A stretch of DNA of 17,341 nt from Ginkgo biloba. Taxonomy: Eukaryota > Plantae > Ginkgophyta. Under the pieces are notes generated by a model. That model did no database searches. It saw only the letters and a program-made list of their open reading frames with translations, and was not told the origin of the DNA. The stretch lies in NCBI GenBank assembly GCA_024626585.2, contig JANKJI020000002.1:28814507-28831847 (forward strand). The letters are read 5' to 3'. Of the stretch, positions 10,380-17,341 are shown piece by piece (position 1 is the stretch's first letter; each line of letters starts with the position of its first letter). The translations under genes were made by a program, and so were the position numbers.

Positions 10380-11471
10380 ACAGAGCTCACCCATGCTACC
10401 AAAACAAGTGAAGCCAAAAAATCCAATGGAGCCTATAATAGAACCAGACAACATTTATTAAAGATAGAGATAGACCATCCAAACATTTCCTTAAGGCCCT
10501 TAGGAAGAAGCATTGGAACAAATTCAAGCCATTAGGAATGGGATAAGAAAGTCACCGCCCCTCAATAAATAGATGAAGTCATCCACTACTGTTATGCTCA
10601 AATTTTCAAGTCTCAAGGTCAGTCAGAAACCTACATTATAGCTCTTAAGGCCTATAGAAGAGCAGTGCCCCAAAAGTTAAGTCTAGAACAAACTAGGATT
10701 TGTGATTCTCCCTTGAAGATTGAAGAGATGAAAGATGACTTAGATGACATCAATGAGAAGTCTTCCGACCTTGATGGCTTCCCTTGTATAAAGCCACTTG
10801 GGAGTTCATTGGCCCTATTCTCTTCAAGGGCAAGATGTATCAAGAAGACTTAAAAAAGGGTCACTTAGAGACATCATCAATCAAGGATTATCAAGTTCAT
10901 CCCCAAGGCTCGAGACCCTAAAGTTTATAACCAATTGGAGAGCAATAACCTTCCTTAATGTTTCTCACAAGATCCTGGCTTAAGCCATAGCCAAAAGAAT
11001 CAAACATCTCCTCCCCAAAGTGGTTAGACATGAACAAAATAGTTTCATCAAGGGAATTTATATCCTTGACAATCAAGTACGAGTCTAGGAGGAGGAAAAT
11101 GGGCCAGGCAATCTAGTCAGGACATCTTCTTTCTCAAAATTGACTTCAAAAAAGCACACGACAGCATAAAGTGGGACTTCACTCTAAGAATGTTGTCAGC
11201 ATTAGGATATGGAGGCTACTTACTAAGAATAGTAAAAACCTTTTTTGTTGATGCCTCTATTAACGACATTAAGTCTGCATCTTTTGGTTTGTTTAGATCT
11301 GTAAGGCAGAGATACCCTCTAGCCCTGGTCCTTTATGTGCTTGTTGCAAATGCTTTGGCATATTTAGTTGAATAATAAGTCTCTATAGGAAACATCTATT
11401 GTATATTTCTTTCTCCCAATGGAGCCCACTAGATGGTTAATGTGCATTTTGATGATGACTCTTTCTTTACC
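10380..11471 (+). mobile_element. Degenerate L1/Tx1-type LINE ORF2: linker and reverse transcriptase domain
   Basis: Motifs appear in order across stops and frameshifts: KSSDLDGFP (KSPGPDGF-like), NWRAITFLNVSHKILA*AIAKRIKHLLPKVVRHEQNSFIKGIYILDN, WARQSSQDIFFLKIDFKKAHDSIKWDF, RSVRQRYPLALVLYVLVANAL (RQGCPLSP-like) and VHFDDDS (FADD-like). The upstream SKHFLKAL...YCYAQIF resembles the endonuclease-RT linker. The start coordinate is approximate. Confidence 0.92.
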
Positions 11472-11953
11472 NNNNNNNNNNNNNNNNNNNNNNNNNNNNN
11501 NNNNNNNNNNNNNNNNNNNNNNNNNNNNNNNNNNNNNNNNNNNNNNNNNNNNNNNNNNNNNNNNNNNNNNNTAAAATCTAATATTTTTTTTTCACATTTT
11601 GTAATTCCTATCTTGAATAAAAGCAAATGCAAAAGTGCTAATATGAAGGGCACTATTGGGAAGGGTTTTATTCTATGCCTATTTTAAGATTATATATCAT
11701 TTGCTATTTAAACTTTATAAAGTGAGAGAGATCATTCACAATTATTATTACTTTTCAAGAGAGGGCACCATTATGAAGGGTTTTGTGAGAGGGTTATTCT
11801 ACACACCATTAGTAAGATAATAACATATCTTTTTTCTATCAAAATTCTATGCATAATTATGAGTTGATGTTGGACATTATTATAATCTTATGAATGTCTT
11901 ATTATTATTTAAATATGTGAATGATTCGATATGGCATAAAATATTTTGTATGT

Positions 11954-12530
11954 AACAACCTTCTCCTCTAAAACGTACAATATAAGCTTATTAGATTTGT
12001 AATTAAGATGGAAAATGCATAAGAGAGTGAGATGACTCTAGTCATGCATTTAAAGATAGAAAACAACCATAAATTGATCTCACAATGAAGGCCCATATAT
12101 AACAACTATTTAGACTTGTTAATTTATGGTAGTTAATACTTACTTATGTTAGTTTTAGTGTTAGTCAGGGAGAAGACTATTAGACTAGGTTTGACTAGTA
12201 GCTAAAGATGCAACCACCTTTTTTTTGGTTATGGGGACTATCTAAGGGCTTGGAAAAAGATAACAACCAAACCTTTGGTCCATAAATACAATAATTAATG
12301 CTTAGTTGCTATTATATCTCCACTGGTCTCTACCACATAACACCACTTTATCAAGGATGCTAGGTGTAGGCCAATATTACTAGTTTTTGGCATGAGGATA
12401 AACCTAATGCTAAGGGTATCTATCCTTTACTAATGGTTTGATGATTCTCAGTTTAAACCTTAGGGCTACACTTATAAATCTAAGTAAAAAAATCTTATTT
12501 ATAAGAATATTTACCATCGATACACTAACA
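11954..12530. repeat. Copy 1 of a non-coding dispersed repeat (probable LTR fragment or solo LTR) lying between the two LINE parts; may extend left to the gap at 11571
   Basis: Collinear with 16071-16690 through many shared blocks: ctcctctaaaac, ttagatttgta, aatgcataa, ttaatttatgg, ttatgttagtttt, gactagtag, atggggac, taagggcttg, caaacctt, tttttggcat, agggtatc, taagaatatt. It ends in acactaaCA, where LINE coding similarity resumes. Confidence 0.85.
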
Positions 12531-13600
12531 AATCATGGAAAATGGTAATTAGAAATGACATTTTGATGGTAAGCATCTAGGCAAGAAGCCCTAGAAGGAG
12601 CTCTCTTTGCAAAGACTTATTTTTTCTCTTGCTAAGATCTATAGATCCCAAATTTTCAAGAGTATTTGGCAAGATTGGGAGCAATGCAAGAAGCTTTTGA
12701 TTAAGAGAGGGATTGCACCAAGAAGAGGCTTGTCTTTTGCCAATAAATCCTTATGGTGGTCCCCTTTGATTCAACAAGAGGAACATTGCTTGGGGGAAAT
12801 CCAATGGTATAATGGCCTCAGATACTTTAGGAAAGGAATCAAAACAGTTTTAGACTTGTATAAGACAAGTATGTGCCAGTAGAAAGAGGAGTAGACCCTT
12901 GGGGATGAATTTTTGTTGGCAAACCATGACAAAATTGTGATTGTTGCCTTTGATCTTGAACACTTTGAATTAAGAATTGTTTCCTCCCCACCACAATAGT
13001 AGTGGAAAGTCTAAGCTTGGAATGTGTCAAAGCTACTTCAAAAAGTTTCTATATCCCATGTCTACAACCTGTTAAACCCTCAGGGATTGACATTTGAGAA
13101 ATTAAACCAAAAATGGAACTTGCAAAACTCTAAGCTTCTTTGGTTTAGGAGATTTGAGATGCTTCCGCATGTTCCATAAAGGCTTTTTTGGCATGGTGAA
13201 TCCTTCATTAGGGCCAACCCACCGAAGAGAGGCTGGCCAAAATTGATTATCATGACATTGTTCACCCTTTGTGTGGCCAACCTAAGTCGATCATGCACTT
13301 GTTTTGGTGGTGCCCTTGGGCAAACACATTAGGGAAGTGGAGAGAGGAGTCGCCGTCCTACTAGAAGTAAGAGTCGAGGTGCCAATGGACGAAGGGGTCA
13401 CTCCTATATGGCCTTAGATCAATCCCCCCCCAACCAAAAAAGGTAAAAGCAGATTGGTGGGAAAACTCCCCCTCTCAATTTGGCCATCTAGCCCAAGAAG
13501 GATGATACTTGCAAGAAAGATGACCGAGGTAGTGGTTGGGGGGACCTTGAGCTAGACAATATTGTGTCTCCCATTTGATATGTTTGCTTCTATTGGTCTT
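12531..13600 (+). mobile_element. 3' part of an L1/Tx1-type LINE ORF2 including the zf-RVT CCHC region; probably the same element as 10380-11471
   Basis: SWKMVIRN at about 12532, SQIFKSIWQDWE..KSLWWSPLI (ORF 12607), and at about 13185-13325 AW*ILH*GQPTEERLAKIDYHDIVHPLCGQPKSIMHLFWWCPWA, a decayed zf-RVT motif (W.ILH..LPT..RL...CPLC...ES..HLFW.C). A W-rich C-terminal stretch follows at about 13455-13520. The end coordinate is approximate. Confidence 0.82.
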
Positions 13601-15049
13601 TGTGGCCCATATGGTGTGATCTTGGGGAGTCGCATGCTTGAACACCGAATTGAATCTGATCGAATTGGTTGGGTGAGAATTTGCAAACAATGGAGACAAA
13701 CTGGTGCACAGCCACAAAGTGGAAACCCTACGTGTGAAAACCAACTCAATTGCATTTCATTAGAAAAAACTCACTATTTATAAGTGAGAGAACAAAAGTG
13801 ACTTCTCACNNNNNNNNNNNNNNNNNNNNNNNNNNNNNNNNNNNNNNNNNNNNNNNNNNNNNNNNNNNNNNNNNNNNNNNNNNNNNNNNNNNNNNNNNNN
13901 NNNNNNNNNATTATGGATATTAGTAAGAGCCTATGATTTAGGGTAACATTTTATGATTTAATCTTGTGATTTTAGCTTAGATTCAAATTCTTAAAATTTT
14001 TTAAGTGTTCACTTAAAATTAAAAGTTTAAAATCAATCATAATTATTAGGGACAAAGTAGACTTCAAAAGCATATGACAATGTTCTCGTCTTTCGATGTA
14101 AAGGAGAAATATTTTTCCTAAGTTCTTCATAATGTAAGAACTATATATATAAAAGTGGACCCATGTATGGGTAAATAGTCTTATTACTTCATATTATAGA
14201 GTTTAATATTTATTAGTGCACATGTCCAACAACTCTAATGAAATTAAAACTCTAAAATCCCAATCCCTGTAAATTGCTCATATTGCATATGCCATTGTAA
14301 GCTACTCTAAAAGCATTGTGGCAATGGTGTAAAATGCTTGGGATATATCTTGTGCATCCCATAATGATGTGTGCATATATGCACAAGGGGATTGCTCATA
14401 GGTATGGGTCATTTATTAATCATGTTGTGAATATGTGTGTGACCACTAAGGAAGTCATCATTTGATTGAATTATGGCTTATGTCATAAGAGTAGGACTCC
14501 TACATTTTAGTAATCTCTTTGTGCTTAAAAGAATGCCTATGTTTGGCATGAACGACTTCTCCTTCTAAATTGTGGCATCATAATATGCCTAATTACTGAC
14601 ATTGCCAATAGGGAATCGTTGCATGGTTGATGTTTTGAACTTTTAAAGTTCTTTGTTGATATAGTTCAATTGGGACCATAATTAAAGCAAGCATGCAATC
14701 ATGACATATGATGTCTCAAAAAAAAATAACAAATAAAATGAAAATATATAAGTGTCCACAAATGACCAAAAAGTAATCAATGGGACTATAATAATGTGCA
14801 CAAATGTTACAAATCAGGAGAGTGCTTCTAGCATCTCCAATGTTAAATCTCAAACATAAAAGACAACTCTCCTAAAAGGATTTTACATAAAGTGCAACAA
14901 ATAGAAGATAATGCGTACTTCCANNNNNNNNNNNNNNNNNGGCCCTTCTAAGATCCTACCTAGGGTATAAGAGACCCCTTAGAGCACCAATCTAGGACGC
15001 TAAAAATTTGCCAATCTTGTAGTGAGATTTGTGAGTCATTCATAATCAC

Positions 15050-15915
15050 AAAATTGCCAAAAGTATGTCTAATAATCTCCTCACAATCTTATTGGCAATG
15101 GTTGTCGAACTAGGGTATGTCGTCTGTCTGCCTGACCCTATCTCTCTCCTACCTCTAAAGTTTAAGCTCCTTTGTTTGGCCCAAAGAAGTTGGTGNNNNN
15201 NNNNNNNNNNNNNNNNNNNNNNNNNNNNNNNNNNNNNNNNNNNNNNNNNNNNNNNNNNNNNNNNNNNNNNNNNNNNNNNNNNNNNNNNNNNNNNNNNNNN
15301 NNNNNNNNNNNNNATCTGGGTCTCTAGGTAATGTTCGATGGCTTGGTGGAGGCTCTGTGCATGTTCTGGGCACATTTGAGCTATTATTGAGGTCACCAAC
15401 TGAAAGAAAGACGTGATGTGTTGGACGTTATTTGGATGTCGTGTCACACTCCCCAACAAGTAGCATTTATAGAGGAATAGCTCTCTAAGGAAGAGACTAA
15501 CACACTATTAGTACTTAATATGAAATGAGTATGGTGAGGGACCCCCCTATATCCCTACAAAGGCAATAGTATATCCGTGTAATCTCATTAAAGACAGGGC
15601 ACCAAAAAATGAATGCTCATCTATCTCTAGGTAAATGCTATTCTATCTTTGTTTGAATTTGATGGGAGCATACTCTGAATTGCCTGATAGAGAACCGCAT
15701 ACCATGTGACATATGCAGAGGTAAGAAGGCTATAGGATCAATGGTGCCTTCATAGATACAAAGAAAGTTCTCACGATGGATGGCTAGTTTAGGGTTAAGA
15801 GCTATGGGTGGAGAAATCCACATGGACTAAATATAGGGACTATAAATATACCCTCAAATTTGCACAATAATCTCCTTCCTTGTAAGTCAAATATTAGGTG
15901 CATCCGATGGGAATC
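15050..15915 (-). mobile_element. 3' remnant of a second, unrelated LINE (RTEX/L2-like C-terminal region)
   Basis: The minus-strand translation is HMSHGMRFSIRQFRVCSHQIQTKIE*HLPRDR*AFIFWCPVFNEITRIYYCLCRD...CVSLFLRELFLY..LL...QHITSFF. It matches the C-terminal signature I.QFR.SSH.L.IE...PR..R(IC..C...E.H)FIF.CP.Y.EIR, with the central C..C part deleted. The clade assignment comes from recalled motifs and the boundaries are approximate. Confidence 0.72.
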
Positions 15916-16070
15916 NNNNNNNNNNNNNNNNNNNNNNNNNNNNNNNNNNNNNNNNNNNNNNNNNNNNNNNNNNNNNNNNNNNNNNNNNNNNNNNNNNNNN
16001 NNNNNNNNNNNNNNNAATTGCATATTCCATCTTTGCAATCAAATCTACCTTTTGAGCTCTAATACCTTTG

Positions 16071-16690
16071 AACAACATGCTCCTCTAAAACCTACAAAAC
16101 AAGCTCATTAGATTTGTAGGTAAGATAAATAATGCATAAAAGAGTTAGGCGACTTTGGTCATCCATTTAGAAATGTAAAATAACTATAAATTAAGTACAT
16201 AGCAAGGACCCATACATACTATTATTTTCTCTTATTAATTTATGGGGTTTAACATTCAATTATGTTAGTTTTTACGTTAGTAGGGGAAAATATTGTCAAA
16301 CTAGGGTCGACTAGTAGATAGGATTCCAAACACCTTTTGTTGGCCATGGGGACCGCTTAAGGGCTTGAGCAAAGTGGTAGTCAAACCTTCGGTGCATAAA
16401 TGCAATTGTTAGCATCTATTGGCTATTAGAGATTAACTAGACTCCATCCCTTAATCTCAATTTGTGAAGGATGACAGGCATAGGCCATTATGGTCTCTTT
16501 TTGGCATAAAGATAACCCTATATGTTAGGGTATCCACCCTTCCCTAATAGTTTTGTGGTTTATCGGTTAAACCCTAGGTCTATAACAATAACCCCAAGTT
16601 GGAATCGGTAAGAATATTCACCATGGCCGTATTTTTAGTCCGTGGGACATGGCTTCACCAATGGCCATCCGATCCAAACTGACACTAATA
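16071..16690. repeat. Copy 2 of the same dispersed repeat, in the same orientation
   Basis: Block-by-block similarity to 11954-12530. It ends in acactaata (copy 1 has acactaaca) and has about 60 extra bases near the right end. Confidence 0.85.
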
Positions 16691-16749
16691 GTCAACAACC
16701 CTGTAATTACACCTATAGTTGCAATTGGTAGAAAACAACATTGACATCC

Positions 16750-16960
16750 ATCTCACTAAGAATGGCAAATAGCCAACTATCAATGTTCCCAAACAATAAA
16801 TGCAAGGGATAAATAATAGCCTCATATAGAGGCACCTTTAACCAAGGCATATTCATCCCCCAGAAGGTCTTTGAATGGAGTCTTATCTTCCCTAAGCCAA
16901 GTCATTAGGGTTTTTGTAGTAGTAAGGTAAGTAAAATTCAAAAATTGAATTTTAGCATGT
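16750..16960 (-). mobile_element. Possible very decayed LINE RT fragment
   Basis: MTWLREDKTPFKDLLGDEYALV loosely parallels the W.RES.QP..LLLDFEKAYD.V motif. In another frame it is followed by FLVRWMSMLF (F..WI..LF-like). The match is weak. Confidence 0.25.
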
Positions 16961-17341
16961 ATGCATAAAGTAAAAATCATCACAGTAAAACTATCGTCTC
17001 TAAATGTATTAATTAGGCCNNNNNNNNNNNNNNNNNNNNNNNNNNNNNNNGGTTCTACTACACCCAATTGCAAGGGTTAGTACCCTTCTAAACAAAACAC
17101 ATAAAAAACTATTCTATAGGGAAACTGTAGAAAATACTTTATGTATTCTAGAAATTGAGAATAGTGCTACAATTCAAGAATACTTACAGTGGTCAAGACT
17201 TACCCAAAAGAAATGGTGAAGTCTACCTTCCAAAACACTTATGTTGAAGCAAATCAAAAATCAACTAAGAGAAAAGAAGCAATTGGCATAGAATATAAAT
17301 ATGGGCACTATTACTATGTTGAAACAAGTCATTGGTTTCCC

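Noticed and set aside
15442-15455. tgtcacactcccc, resembling an LTR start
   Set aside because: It lies inside the continuous minus-strand LINE reading frame (LLGSVTRH).
1-17341. Prokaryotic systems (CRISPR arrays, operons, rRNA/tRNA genes)
   Set aside because: I saw no regularly spaced repeats, dense ORFs or RNA-gene signatures. Spliceosomal introns, LINEs and an iMet PBS indicate plant nuclear DNA.

Overview
This is AT-rich eukaryotic DNA, almost certainly from a land plant, taken from a fragmented assembly with 15 N-gaps. Most of it is decayed transposable elements, and I see no intact host gene. Supported content: (1) a minus-strand Maf-family (nucleoside-triphosphate pyrophosphatase) gene copy at about 3888-4558. 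Its 5' part looks intron-less and lacks one internal exon, while its 3' part keeps canonical GT-AG introns. It lies about 480 bp downstream of an LTR end and tRNA-iMet primer-binding site on the same strand and in the same contig. The best reading is an LTR-retrotransposon-captured, partially spliced retrocopy that still forms one open chimeric frame. (2) A plus-strand L1/Tx1-type LINE ORF2 remnant (about 10380-13600) interrupted by an insertion. (3) A second, unrelated minus-strand LINE 3' remnant (about 15050-15915). (4) Two diverged copies of a non-coding, probably LTR-derived repeat of about 0.6 kb. (5) A few short direct and inverted repeats. Most other ORF-track entries are spurious or run through N-gaps.
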